A stretch of 64,000 nt of DNA from the human T2T-CHM13v2.0 reference genome, Homo sapiens, in assembly GCF_009914755.1 (NCBI RefSeq), contig NC_060927.1; one strand, written 5' to 3'. Under the pieces are notes generated by a model. The model was not told the DNA's origin. It was given only the letters and a program-made list of their open reading frames with translations, and did no database searches. A program made the position numbers and the translations under genes. Positions 1-14,240 of the stretch are shown in pieces. Every line of letters begins with the position of its first letter. Position 1 is the stretch's first letter.

Positions 1-372
1 GATTCTTATATTTTGAGGTATTACATTTAAATCTTTAATCCAGCTTGAGTTAATTTTTGTATGTAGTGAAAAGTAGGGGTCCAATTTCATTCTTTTGCAT
101 ATGGCTAACCGGCCATCCAAGCACCATTTATTCAATAGGAAGTCCTTTCCCCATTGCTTATTTTTGTTAACTTTGTTGAAGATCTGATGGTTATAGGTGT
201 GTGGCTTTATTTCTGGATTCTCTATTCTGTTCCATTGGTCTATATGTCTGTTTTTGTACCAGTACCATGATGTTTTGGTTACCGTAGCCTTATAGTTAGT
301 TTGAAGTCAGGTAATATGATGCCTCTGGCTTTGTTCTTTTTGCTTAACGTTGCTTTGGCTATTTGGGCTTTT
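1..372 (-). mobile_element. L1 ORF2 fragment (old L1PB/L1MA-like), antisense
   Basis: Antisense L1 ORF2 text such as 'ccagcttgagttaatttttgta', 'tttttgtaccagtaccatg' and 'tttgaagtcaggtaat'. Confidence 0.85.
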
Positions 373-395
373 CATATTATTATTATCACTATTAC

Positions 396-761
396 TAGAG
401 GTAGAGTCTTTCTCTGTTACCCAGGCTGGAGTGCAGTGACACCACCATAGCTCACAGCAGCCTTGAACTTCTGGGCTCAAGCATCATCCCACCTCAGCCT
501 CCTGAGTAGCTGGAACTATAGGTGTGTGCCACCATGCCTGGCTACTTTTTAAAATTTTTTTTTGTGTCAGACTCAGGGAAAAAAGAAAAAATTTTAAAAC
601 TAAATATAAGACCAAAATAAAAAAAAGAGAAAACAAATTTTTGTAGAGATGGGGTCTCACTGTGTTTCCCAGGCTGGTCTCGAACTCCTGGCCTCAGGTG
701 ATCTTCCCATCTCAACTTCCCAAAGTGCTGGGATTACAGCCATGAACCACTGTGCCTGGCC
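396..761 (-). mobile_element. AluJ-like, with ~75-bp A-rich insert in the central linker
   Basis: Both arms present in reverse orientation; (TAT)n tail; extra sequence at 564-637. Confidence 0.85.
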
Positions 762-1671
762 TCAATTCAGTTACTTCAGAACATGTCCCCTGTGTCCCCT
801 GTTTCCCCCTAGTACTGAGCCTGCACTATTACCTGCAATAGCTGTGCCTGCGATTCTCCTGCCAACATGATCACACACATTCAATCCAGTACCTTCAATG
901 CAACCAGGCAGACCGACGCAGGCACTCACCCTCTCTTTCTGTGTGCGTGCAGACCAAATTGATGGCAATGGCCAGCTTTCAGAGCCCCATAAGCTGTGCA
1001 TATCCCAAACATTATCTCTAATCGAAGCACCCACCCTGTAGGGTAAGTGTTATTATCCCTTTAGTTTGCTTCAGTTTGAGACTCACGTTTGAGAACTGAG
1101 GCAAGGCAAGAACCCGGAGTGCACCTCATCACATGAAAATATGCATTATCTTGTAGGTTACTGAATATGGCCTTCCAGGTCTTTTGAAGTAGCAGGATGC
1201 ATATCTTGAATGAGTATTGGAATTTCAAAAAGGGAGATAAGATTGCTGAGGTATTTAATCGTTACCTGTTCCACATCATAGAGGGACGTTTTCAACATTA
1301 CTCTTATAAATGAGGCCAGTGTTATTCTGAGAATATTATTCTTTCTTACTTTTCCTCTTTGACAGACTGTTATTTGCTTGGCATGTTATTCCTGTTTCTA
1401 TTAAGGTTATTCCCTCTTTGGTTTATAGACTAATGAGCCTGGTATGTTTTTATGTATCTGAACACTAATTTTAATTCTGATGTTAACTGGAACCTCTTGT
1501 CTTTCATTCTTCAGTATTTGTGTAAAGAAATGCTTTCAATATTCTTACTTCTAAATCCAAACTGACTCATGCAACCATATGATCTATTATGTATTCTAGT
1601 AAAACTGTTCTGGATCATTTACATATGAAGATGCATATTATTTTGTTATGATCATTTCATTTCTCCTTTTA

Positions 1672-2236
1672 TGACAGAGTGTGAGAAAAAGCAGTCCCTG
1701 ACACCCCAGTTGGCTTGGCACTCACTTGTGGGGTTTTTCTGTTACATGTAAACAATTCCACAGAACACCGGTATTGGATAAGGCCACCCAGATGGGGATG
1801 GCTCTAGATAAAAACAAGAACATTCCCTAATCACGTCTGAACATAGACAAAACATGAACATTCTCCAAACCACAGAGATGACCAAACCTCCCCGTATCCT
1901 GGCTAATAGGAGTGACTGCTGCTTTTTCACATTGATAGCTTTAGCCTGGCTCTAGTCTTCCCTCCTTCTAGATGAAGTTAATTAAAATACCCAACCATAG
2001 AACTGCTCCCACTTCTTGACAGCATCCAATCCAAAGCAAAGCACCGCTTTCACAAATCTTTCCAAAAGCTGCCCCCCAAACCCTAAATCCGATAGTAAGT
2101 CCTTTCTAATACCCTCTTACCAAGACATCCTGCATTTCCCCGTGGCGTGCATTCTCCCTCCTTGCAATGTGCAATAAACTGAACTTGTTCAACTGCAAGT
2201 GTGTTCCCAAGGGTCTTTGGCTGGGAGGCGTTGATA
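1672..2236 (+). mobile_element. Solo LTR, ERVL class (MER54-like)
   Basis: Starts TG; 'aaacaattccacagaacacc...ataaggccac'; AATAAA near 2174 followed by a U5-like end. Subfamily from memory. Confidence 0.6.
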
Positions 2237-3319
2237 GATATAATGATGTTTTTGGAATTATGTATACAGATAGATTATATTATCTATGAATTCCATTTCA
2301 AGATAGTAAATGGGCTTTGCAAAGCATTTGCTACAAAAAGTGGGTATTGAATTTGGTAGGATCATTGATAACAATTTTCTGATCATGACCCTGCCTAGGG
2401 CTAAATCCTAAATCCTGGTAGATTGCTACATTTGCATAGAAATCCTGCTTGTGAAGGTAAGGTTTGCTTGAGGATGCCACTTAAATGATTGGTTAGTATT
2501 AAATCACCCCACCCTTCCCATGCCCAAATTGTCCTCAAACTAAATACAGAACAAGCTATTCTGCTTTACAGCTTAAGAAAAATGAGTAGGGAGGGACTGC
2601 TCCAGGTCAGTCTTGTCTTCCGGACTCTGGCTTTGATCCCCTTTGTCATATAGGATACTATTGTCTGGGCATTATTAGGTCTTGTTATGCTCATTTAGGA
2701 CACTCATGTATCCCTATCATTTGTTCTTCAGATGTGTGCTTTTTCTTCTGCCAGCACTTCTGGCATCTCAATCGTGTTGCAGGAACTGTTAAAGTAAATG
2801 AGTGGATAAAAGTGTTTTTATGACCTTGCAGAATGAAACTAACATCCTTTCTTACTTTTCAAAAACTAGCTGCTTTAAAAGGGAGGAATAGGCACTTAGG
2901 AAATTCTGAGACGCCCCAATGATTAAGATAAATGCTGCTTCATAAATAAAAAAAAAATTAGCTACATATGTAAGCATTGTTTCCCAACGACATACCCTCT
3001 CCATCTCGGCATACTTTTGCCACTTGCTGTGCCTGGGTGCATGATGAAGACCAACTTGTCAAAGAAGTGTTGCTTTTAAGAATGTGGGAGGAGGTAGTTT
3101 AGATTACTTAGGGCTAATCATTAATACATGATTTAGTAAGTTCATTGTTTATTTTTTATCCAACCATACCTCCACCCCAGGTCCATGAGGGCGGGGACTT
3201 TTGATTGGTTTGCTGTTGCCTGTCAAGAGCTTTAAAAATGCGAAATAAATATTTACTCCGTGCACAAATGACTGAATCAGTCCAGCCCTCAGTGATTCAT
3301 CTGTTTTCCCTCTTCCTTT

Positions 3320-3830
3320 TCCCATATCGGGTGTGCGAACCTCTGCTCACTAAGTACCAGTCGGGCCCTTCTCCTGCCCACGTGAAGGAAGAAGGCGCAG
3401 TGGGGCTGAGGCCTCACTAGGGCACCCACACGGGGCGCTGCGCTCAGCCTTCTGGACCCGGTACCTCCCCAGGCTCTGAGGACAGCAGCAGCCCCAGGAC
3501 GGACGGGTACGCCAAGTCCTGGGGACCCTCTCCCAAGCTCTGTCAGGGCGGCGGGGTGGCGCGCGCTCCTCCCTCGGGCGCTAGCTCTGGAAATCGCGCT
3601 AGGCAGAGGTGGGCTTGTGTCCGCACCCGCAGCCTCCGCGTCAACACCCTAGGGGAGAGGGACGCGGGCAGGGGTGCCGGGCCCAGGCTCCCCAGCCATT
3701 CTCAGGCCAGAACCCCCTTTTTAACAAGACATGGCCGTGGTGTGTCGCGGACTCTGCCGGGGACAGTCTGGCAGAACTGGGCTCCTTGCGCTCCCCAGTA
3801 TACCGGCTAATTCCGTGCCCTTTGCAAACT
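3320..3830. promoter_or_regulatory. CpG-rich island, left part
   Basis: Dense CpG and GC boxes, e.g. 'gggcggcggggtggcgcgcgc'. Confidence 0.7.
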
Positions 3831-3865
3831 TCATATTTTGATTTCAAATTTAAAAATAATCAATA

Positions 3866-4147
3866 GGCCGGGTGCGGTAGCTAGCTCCTGTAATCCCAGC
3901 ACTTTGGGAGGCCGAGGCGGACAGATCGCCTGAGGTCAGGAGTTCGAGAGCAGCCTGGCCAACACGGTGAAACACCCTCTACTAAAACTACAAAAAAATT
4001 GCCGGGCATGGTGGCAGGCGCCTGTAATCCCAGCTACTCGGGAGGCTAAGGCAGGAGAATCGCTTGAACCTGGAGGCGGAGGTTGCAGTGAGCCGAGATC
4101 GGGCCACTGCACTCCAGTCTGGGCAACAAAAGCGAAACTCTGTCTCA

Positions 4148-4195
<48 letters not shown>

Positions 4196-4201
4196 CAAAT
4201 A
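3866..4201 (+). mobile_element. AluS with (TAA)n tail
   Basis: Full-length Alu; 15-bp TSD taaaaataatcaata at 3851-3865 and 4202-4216. Confidence 0.95.
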
Positions 4202-4279
4202 TAAAAATAATCAATAGCATTACCCATATCCTTTCTTTTGTCCGTGGTAAAACAATCAAAAGTATTTTTTAAAAAGTGA

Positions 4280-5202
<923 letters not shown>

Positions 5203-5409
5203 GGAATTGGATTTTCGATTTCCATCTAGTGTATGATAAGCCCTCAATAACCATGGCGAATGAACTAAATAACTACCTCACATACTCTCATTAGACAGAA
5301 TAATGCTCAACGTGGTCCCGGGATTAACCTCAGTCCCACCTTAAGATATTGGCAAAATCCTTAGTTGGGTAAGACTCAGGGAAAGTCCTTGTCTTCAGAA
5401 CATTCATCT

Positions 5410-5494
5410 CTTCTTTTCATTCATTTTTCCCTTCTTCTTTCTTTCAGCCTGGGTGACAGTCTCACTCTGTCACCCAGGCTGGAGTGCAGTGGCG
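5410..5494 (-). mobile_element. Very short Alu 3'-end fragment with a fold-back
   Basis: T-rich tail then 'ctcactctgtcacccaggctggagtgcagtggcg'; 15-bp perfect inverted repeat. Confidence 0.75.
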
Positions 5495-5719
5495 TCCAGT
5501 CCAGTGTATTCTGCAGACAGTGCCAAGGCCAGCACTTGGTTAATGAAGCTTGGGCAACACCATGGGGCAAAGCAGGACCAGTTTCATTAGACTTGAGCAA
5601 ATCTGCGTTTCCTTCACAGGGTAGGAAAGGAAGGAGGAAGGGAGAAATAAGGAAGGAGCCTTTGCTGTCTACTCCCGGTCCTGAAACAGGGCCAATCTTT
5701 AGTATCTGCGTTAAAACAT

Positions 5720-6790
5720 GTTCCTGGCTTTCCTTCTACACCTGGCTGCTTTTTCTTGGTCTGCTCCCAAGTGCCTCTCTTTCCTTTCCCAACTATATGT
5801 GGGTGCCTCCCAGAGTTCTAAGCCCTCCTCCTTGCACCCTGTCTCTCGTGGCCTCAACCCATCTCCATGGATTTAATGGCCATTCACTCATGCATGATGC
5901 CCGGATTTCCCTCTCTACCCATCCCTTTCTCTGGAGCTCCAGACTCATACATCTAGTTGCTTCCAGAACACCTCAAACTGCATCTCTCCATCCAGAATTC
6001 ATCTCTTGCTCTCCACCTCCCTGCCCTGGTTTTCATGATCTCAGCGATTGTGTCCACTTTCCTCCCAGCTGCCCAGCCTGTGGCTCCTTCCCCCTCTTGT
6101 TCAGCCCACCAGTCTCAAGCCCCGACATCCCGTCAGGAGCCATTTAAATCAGCTCTCCAATGCATGCAATTTCCTCTTTCCCCTTATCTGGCCACCATCA
6201 CCTGTTAGATTCCACACTGGTTCCTAAGTTTCCAGGTTTGCTCTGCTTCTGGCCTCATTCCACATGAAGCCATATTCCAAAATGGGTATTTGATAATTAC
6301 TTCAGGATAAGTGCAAAGTTACTTCATGTGGCCCAGAAGGACACTGACCCTTGTCTGCTTTTCCGTGGCACCACTCCCAGCTCAAACACCAAGTTCAGCC
6401 ATCTCGCTTTTGTTCACATCCTTGAATGTTCATGCTCTCTGTGGTCTGGCAACCTGCTTGTGGCCCTTTCTTTCCCTCTCCCCCAGTTTTTCTCCACTTG
6501 GTCTGGCCATACTCATGCTTCAGGCCCCTGTGGAAACATCACTTTTCTCAGATATGTTCCCTGACTTCCAAGTCTGGTTAGCTGGCCCTCGTCACAGCCC
6601 TTTTCATACTGCGCTCGGCTTACTGTTTATTTGCCTTTCTCCTCCCACTGGACTATAATCAGCCTAAAGTCAGGGACCCTAGCATCTGGGTCACTTCATT
6701 ATTCTCAGGGCCTAGCATGGAGTCTGGCATATAATAGATGCTTAATAAATATTGAATACCTACTTAGATGAATAAAGGGAAGAATTGAAT
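5720..6790 (+). mobile_element. L2 3' portion
   Basis: 'gagctccagactcatacatc...acctcaaac' and L2 3' end 'cctagcatggagtctggcatataatagatgcttaataaatattgaa'. Confidence 0.75.
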
Positions 6791-6985
6791 TGCTGGAAAT
6801 AAATGAAGATCAACCAAATGAGAACAAGCAAAGACGATTGATTCAGAGCTTGCTATAGCAAGGGAGTTGGCCACCATCACTTGTGTTTTGACAGAGAATC
6901 CAAAGCAGGTAGAGGAGTGGGAAAGCTTTATAGTGGAAAAAAGGGAAAGGCTTCATGTATGCCCTGATTGAGGCTGTTGGCCTCT
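6791..6985 (-). mobile_element. ERV LTR fragment (MER31/MER67-like)
   Basis: LTR-like text 'tgattcagagcttgctatagcaaggga'; family uncertain. Confidence 0.35.
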
Positions 6986-7022
6986 AAATATTATTTTTTA
7001 ATCTTTAAAAATAAGTGTCACT

Positions 7023-7322
<300 letters not shown>

Positions 7323-7447
7323 AAGTAAGTGTCACTTACCTGCACACCCAGCACTCTCTCTCGCACTAGGGAGAATATGTAAGGGAAGAGGTCCATATAG
7401 TATTATACAGTCAGAACTGCAGTTAGAACTTATAGTGATTAAATTCC

Positions 7448-7741
7448 CTTTTTTTTTTTTTTTTTTGAGACAGAGTCTCGCTCTGTTGCCCAGGCTGGAG
7501 TGCAGCAATCTCGGCTTACTGCAACCTCCGCCTCCAGGGTTCTGCCTCAGCCTCCCGAGTAGCTGGGATTACAGGCACCTGCCACCACACTGGGCCTTTT
7601 TTTTTTTTTTTTTTTGTATTTTTAGTAGAGATGGGATTTTACCTTCTTGGCCAGGCTGATCTTGAACTCCTGACCTCTTGATCTACAAGCCTCTGCCTCC
7701 CATAGTGCTGGAATTACAAGCATGAGCCACCATGCCTGGCC
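7448..7741 (-). mobile_element. AluS with small internal deletions
   Basis: Reverse Alu with poly-T lead. Confidence 0.9.
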
Positions 7742-7767
7742 TTAAGTTCCTTTAAAGTGAAGTTATT

Positions 7768-8070
<303 letters not shown>

Positions 8071-8167
8071 AATGAATTATTATTATTATTATGGAAGGGC
8101 TCCAAAAATCACGACAAATACAATTGATGGAAATCATGCCGGAGTGGTCATACTCCAATATGCAGGA

Positions 8168-8636
8168 TATGAAGGATAATTTTATGTGTCAACTTGTCTA
8201 GGCTCTGGCACCCAATTGTTTGGTGAAACATCAGTCTAGATGTTGCCATAAAGGTATTTTTGGGTTATAATTAATGTTTAAATCAGTAGACTTTGAGTAA
8301 GCCTATTACCCTCTATAATGTGCATGGGTCTCATGCAGTCAGTTGAAGGCCTTAGAGAAAAGATAAGGTCTCCTAAGGAAGAAGGGATTCTGCCTCCAGA
8401 CTGCCTTCAGACTCAAGACTGCAACATCACCCTTCACTGTTCTCCCATCCGCTGGCCTGCCCTGCAGATTTTGGACTTGCCAGCCCCAACAATCGCATGA
8501 GATGGTTCCTTAAGATCCCTATTAACTACCAGCAATTGCATGAGCCTGCCCCTTAAAATCCCTGTTGTCTATCTACTCATCCATTCATCTATCTACACAT
8601 CCTGTTGGTTTTGTTTCTCTGAAAAACCCTAATACA
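8168..8636 (+). mobile_element. MLT2-type solo LTR (ERVL)
   Basis: 'ttttatgtgtcaacttg', 'aaatcagtagactttgagtaag', end 'ctgttggttttgtttctctgaaaaaccctaataca'. Confidence 0.85.
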
Positions 8637-8995
8637 CTGGGCAAGGGCCAGATGTGCAGACAAAAATTCTCCCCACAACAGCACAAGTGAGTGTATGCAG
8701 GACTAACCTCTTTACCTCACTCCCACCTTTCCCTCTAGTCTTCTGCAACTCTAATTCCTCTTTATCAATTCAGACCTAGGATCATATAACACTTATTCAC
8801 ATTTGTTGTCAGAGGGATTATACTATAGCCGTTGATTTTCAGCCAGTGTTTGAGGTCATTAACGTTATAAGTATCTTGTTTTCAAGTTGAAGAAGGAAGG
8901 ATTCTCTAACAAAGAATGTTCCATGAACAGGTGAAGGGATGTGTTTATCATAAAGCATCCTGAAGTATATCTGTGGTAAGCCTCCAGGGTGAGGG

Positions 8996-9208
8996 CAGAG
9001 CCAGGCTTTGTGAGGCCGAATGCTTACACAATTTAAAGGACCCTCTTTAGGAAAAAAGAATACACAAAAATAGTACATTTGCAAATTCTCAGTGATATGC
9101 GGATCATGCGAACACCTTGCTAAAGCCTCTCCCAGGGCCTTGGACAGGATGAGTAAGGTGAAGGGCCTTGAAGCTTAAACTTAATTAGTTCCGGTATATC
9201 TGGCTCTG
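8996..9208. mobile_element. hAT MITE (MER53-like)
   Basis: Perfect terminal inverted repeats cagagccag / ctggctctg; internal 'ccctctttaggaaaaaagaatac' and 'gaagcttaaactt'. Confidence 0.75.
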
Positions 9209-9524
9209 CTTCAGGGCTTTTTGGGGTGGGGAGAGAAAGACAGGTGCTGGCCTCTCCCTGGGTTGGTTCTTCCTCCTCTGGGGAGGAAAGTTGGGGCTGG
9301 CCTGGTTCCAGCTGCTTGAGAGACACATTTGTTTTCCTCTAAGATCCAGAGTCTTCCCTCCCATCCAAGCCCTGCCAGTGTGAGTGGCCAGATTTTTGGC
9401 TCCTTCTTTATCCCTTTCCCTTCTCCCCTTCTCTAATATCAACCCCTTGTCCCAGAGTCTCCACGGCCTGTTTTCTGTGCTCTTGTGTACTGCTTCTTTA
9501 GAGTGCACCCAATTGTCTTGTCCC

Positions 9525-9595
9525 TTCTTTTCTTTTCTTTCTTCCTCCCTCCCTCCCTCCCCCCCTTCTTTCCTTCCTCTCTCTCTCTCTCTCAT

Positions 9596-9634
<39 letters not shown>

Positions 9635-9926
9635 TTTTTGAGTCAGGGTCTCACTCTTTCACCCAGGCTGGAGTGTACTGGCATGATTACGACTCACTGC
9701 AGCCTCTACCTCCCAAGCTCAAGTGATCCTCCCACCTCAGCCTCCTGAGTAGCTGGGACCACAGGTCTGTGCCACCACACCTGGCTATTTTTTTTTTTTG
9801 TATGTTTTTAGAGACAGGGTTTTGCCATATTGTCCAGGCTGGTCTCAAACTCCTGACCTCAAGAGATCTGCCCACCTCTGCCTCCCAAAGTGCTGGGATT
9901 ATAGGTGTGAGCCACTGCGCCTGGTC
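9525..9926 (-). mobile_element. AluJ with compound CT-rich/(TTTA)n tail
   Basis: Reverse Alu; flanking direct repeat ttctttagagtgca(c/t)ccaat. Confidence 0.9.
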
Positions 9927-10802
9927 TACACCGATTCTTTAGAGTGCATCCAATGATATTTTCAAATAACAGTGTGCAGTCTGTCTTGTCTGCCATCCTG
10001 CAAACCTCTCTGTGCTTCTTGAAGCTTCTCATGGTCTGAGGAGAGCATTCCAGGCTGCACACGGGGTGTTGTAATTGCAGCAGCTTCATCATGGGGACTT
10101 TTCTCTATGGTTCTTTCTCCACATCTATGGCCAGCATCTCTTTTCTTTTTGCCTCTTCAGATTTCTAAATGCTGGGTGTGTCCATCTCACTTAAGCTGAC
10201 TCATACTATTAGAAGCAATGGCTTCCTAACTGTACCCAGAGATACGTAATTTTATATAATTTGCTTTCATATATTTCACCAAATATGTGAATTTATTAGC
10301 ATCCCATTCTGAGAGAAGACCAAAGATTGGCTGAAAATATTCCTGCACATTCCAGGGGACTGACACCCTCAGATTCTCTCTCAGCTCTGAGTTCCTGTGT
10401 CTTCAGAAGCACTGAGATCACTTGCACCCCATTTCATGGCAATTCTTTCCCCCTCCTCCGTGTTCTTCTCCTGTCAATTGAGATATGGGCTCTTTCTCTG
10501 GCTTCCCCTCAGAATCACTCACATGAGACGTGTACACATGTAATAGACTTTACTGAATGAGTTGGAACAATGGAGTTGTTTTGTATCACAGAAAAACACA
10601 AACAATTTAAAATCATATTTAAATCACCTTCATTTCTGACAAGCATCTTTGGAATTCCTCCCTGGCCTCCTTTCTCCCTCTTCTTGATCCCCTGCTAAAT
10701 TGATTGGAACCACACCCCCCGCAACTGCCCAAGCTTCTCATTCCTTCCTCTCTCATAAGGCAGAAGTGGCCTCATTTAGTTTAGGTTTAAAACACAAAAA
10801 AT

Positions 10803-11105
10803 GGCCGGGTGCGGTGGCTCATGCCTGTAGTCCCAGCACTTTGGCAGGCTGAGGTGGGAGGATCGCCTGAGGTCAGGAGTTTGAGACCAGCCTGGCCAAC
10901 GTGTTGAAACCCCGTCTCTACTAAAAATGCAAAAATTAGCTGGGCATGGTGGCGGGTGCCTGTAGTCCCAGCTACTCAGGAGGCTGAGGCAGGAGAATTG
11001 CTTGAACCTAGGAGACGGAGGTTGCAGTGAGCCGAGACCAAGTCACTGCACTCCAGCCTGGGTGACAGAGTGAGACTCCATCTCGAAAACAAACAAAAAA
11101 CAAAC
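10803..11105 (+). mobile_element. AluS
   Basis: Full-length Alu with A-rich tail. Confidence 0.95.
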
Positions 11106-11472
11106 ATGAAAATTCCTCATACTGCCATACTGAGAGTGAATAAAAAACAGAGAAATTGAGAAAACAGAAGACTTCACCATTATGGAAAAACGGACCCCCT
11201 GTCTTTCACACATTGAGAGACTTCATTTGCAGGCATACCCGTGCATACCGTAGTCCTGCCCCATCTAAGAAATATGGTGTCTACGGGCCCTCTTTCCTCT
11301 CCGTCTACTTCCTCAATTCATTTCCTCCTCTTGGATCCTGAAAACTGTCAGAAAAAAGCAGCACTCCTGTTCTCATTTCATGTATGTGCTTGGCCAGAAT
11401 AATGAGAGAGAAAAGAGACAGACCTGGAGAGAAGAGAATGATGGATGAGAAGTTACCCCAGGGGCTGGCAGG

Positions 11473-11478
11473 TTTATT
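11473..11478 (-). terminator. Polyadenylation signal (AATAAA) of the pseudogene
   Basis: About 130 nt 3' of the ancestral stop; followed by pyrimidine-rich sequence with no encoded poly(A). Confidence 0.5.
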
Positions 11479-11609
11479 TGGGAACGAGAAAGATGGCTCC
11501 CGAGATAGAAGCTAGCCTGTGAATTCTAAGGCATTTCCATGCTATGCGTGCTGTGGGCACCCTTGAAACTCTCATTACAAAAGGCATAGAACAAAGACAG
11601 TTTCTGTAC

Positions 11610-12496
11610 CTAGACGCCTCCATCCAGCAGCACAGCCTCTGCCCTGAGCTTCTCAAGCTCTTCACCACTGGAATTGGTGAGGCACGGCTAGTACCTGGCC
11701 CCTGGTAACGCTGTCCAGGAGGAGCAGTGACGGTGCCAGAGGCTGCAGAGGCCATAGACAGCAGCCAGCACGGCAGCCCCCAAGCCCAGGTGCCAGGAGA
11801 AGAAGCGAGTGAGGAAGGCAAGGTCCATGGGGTTCTCCACCTGCAGGGCTGTCCGGAGGGAGGCGCAAACATCAGCACACACAGCTGCAGCATCCAGTTG
11901 CTGAGCCCCAGCCCCACCCAGGTCTTGAGCACCCAGAGCTGGGGCTGGTCAGGGACCCAGACCTTGATGGTGAGCACCAGGGAGACCAGGAAGGGGGGCA
12001 CGCTGAAGAGCTCACGCACACGGATCTCCAGGGTGCCCTTGTTCTCAATGTGGGCTGCCATCAGTAGTGCCAGCACATAGGAGCCCAAGGCCTTGACTGC
12101 TTGCTCTAGCTTCATATTCTACCATTCCTGACACGACTGGCTTACAATGTCCACCACGCCAGTGAGCATAAAGAACTCGTACATGGTGATGTGCTGCCAG
12201 CTGTCCTTGAACACGAATGGCCACCGCGGATCCTCCCAGTCTACCACCATCAGCCGATTTACTCCAGACGGGTAGAATAACTTGGGTAAGATGCCAGCCA
12301 GGGTGATGACCACCTTCACCACACCTTCTAGTGGCACCAGCTACCACCACCTGTGTCCTCACTTCTCCCTGGAGGGCAGAGGGAGTTTGAGGAGCCTCTG
12401 TTCCTGTAGCAGGGCCAGAGACACCAGCACCATATAGTAGAGTGAGTAGAGAAGGAAGAACATTGCTGGCAGCAGGTGTCCCTCGAGGGTGCCCAT
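11610..12496 (-). pseudogene. TEDDM3P: TMEM45/TEDDM-family (DUF716) multi-pass membrane protein pseudogene, single coding exon, ~295 aa ancestral
   Basis: Kozak GCCATGG start. Conceptual translation MGTLEGHLLPAMFFLLYSLYY...KDSWQHITMYEFFMLTGVVDIVS...LEIRV...WVPDQPQLWVLKTW...WMLQ...PPSGQP/ENPMDLAFLTRFFSWHL matches TMEM45/TEDDM1 motifs (GH.LP, WQH.TM, FF.WH). Stops at 12361-12359, 12343-12341, 12121-12119 and 11690-11688; frameshift near 11845. Family call is firm; the symbol is from memory. Confidence 0.85.
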
Positions 12497-12949
12497 GGCT
12501 TTAGTGTGTGTGTTGGGGCCAACGGGGCGAGAGCTGGTAGATGAGCAGCAACCTCACACACACATGACCGGCATCCTCACAGGCAGGAGTGGCTGCCTCT
12601 GAACCACGGAGAGATCATGCTGACGAGCCCCACCCCTGCCTCCCACACACAGAAAGGAATAGGTCTTGTTGCAGAAACCTGAGCCACACCCCAGGGTGGG
12701 ACGCCTTTAAGAGGGTCCTCCAGGGTGGGACCGCTGCAGCCACCTTGCTCTGCTCCTTACTTAAATCGGCTAGGCCCAGCATTTCAATCTGTGCACCTCA
12801 CTGCAGATGTCAGTTTCACAGATGCTGATTCAGCGTTTCTTTCACCAGCCCCTCTGCCACAGCGCCCTACCCCTGCAGAGAGGAAACAAAGAGAGTGAAG
12901 GAGCTCCAGCAAAGAGGAGTAGGGCTGACTCTCAGGCTGACTTTTCTCT

Positions 12950-13150
12950 CAGTGCTTGGCACAGTACATACTTTTCTCTCATTTAACAACTCTATGAGGG
13001 AGGTGTTATTAGGTGAAATTTTACAAGTGAAATGAAGGTCCAGAGCGGTGCAGAGACATGCACAAAGTGGTCCGTCTGCCAGCTGGCACAGCAGAGCCAG
13101 GACGTGGACCCGGGTCTGCTCATCCAACAAAGCCTGAAGTTTATGCACAG
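12950..13150 (-). mobile_element. MIR
   Basis: 'catttaacaactctatgagggaggtgttatt...ttttacaag' MIR core, reverse. Confidence 0.6.
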
Positions 13151-13179
13151 CAAAACTACTGACATTCACTTCCAACCCC

Positions 13180-13330
13180 GTAATCATGACTGTGGGGAAT
13201 TTACTTGGTCTTCTTGAGTCTCAGCTTCCTGATGTGTAGAATGGGAATAATAATTACTTCATAGATTTGTTATGAGAATTAAATGGGATTATATATAAAG
13301 TGTCTGATACATAGTGAATAATGATGGTGA
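13180..13330 (+). mobile_element. MIR
   Basis: 'gagtctcagcttcctgatgtgtagaatgggaataataat...ttatgagaattaaatg'. Confidence 0.7.
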
Positions 13331-13340
13331 TTATGAATAA

Positions 13341-13644
<304 letters not shown>

Positions 13645-13931
13645 CTCCTATTGTTATTACTAGCAGTCCTTGCTAAATTTCTATGATCCTGAAGTTTTTA
13701 AAGTATTTCTTTGAATGATACCAAAGCAAGAGTCATAAAGAAAAACAGTAACATATTTAATTATATTAAAAATTGTAAGTTATTTATTAATAAAAATTAA
13801 ACATGTACTGATTAAAATTACAGTTTAAAATTTTCAAAAGAAAAACAAAATAAAATTGTGCCCCATATGTAAGAAAGTGTTAGTCTCCTTACAACATAGA
13901 AAGCACTTACAAAGAAAAAAGTTAAAAATAT

Positions 13932-14240
13932 GGCCAGGTGCCGTGGCTCACACCTGTAACACCAGCACTTTGGGAGGCCAAGGAGGGCAGACCGCTAGGT
14001 CAGGCATTTGAGACTAGCATGGCCAACATGGTCAAATCTTGTCTCTACTAAAAATACAAAAATTAGCCAGGCATGGTGGTGCGTGCCTATTATCTCAGCT
14101 ACTTGGGAGGCTGAGGCAGGAGAATTGCTTGAACCCAGGAGGCAGAAGTTGCAGTGAGCTGAGATCATGCCACTGCACTACAGCCTAGGTGACAGAGCAA
14201 GACTCCATTTAAAAAATAATAAAAAATAAAAAATAAATAA
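13932..14240 (+). mobile_element. AluS
   Basis: Full-length Alu. Confidence 0.95.

Noticed and set aside
5365-6147. 260-aa ORF
   Set aside because: Non-ATG start; built from an Alu stub and pyrimidine-rich L2 sequence
11474-12115. 213-aa ORF as an intact gene
   Set aside because: It is the middle of the pseudogene and leaves the family frame at the frameshift near 11845
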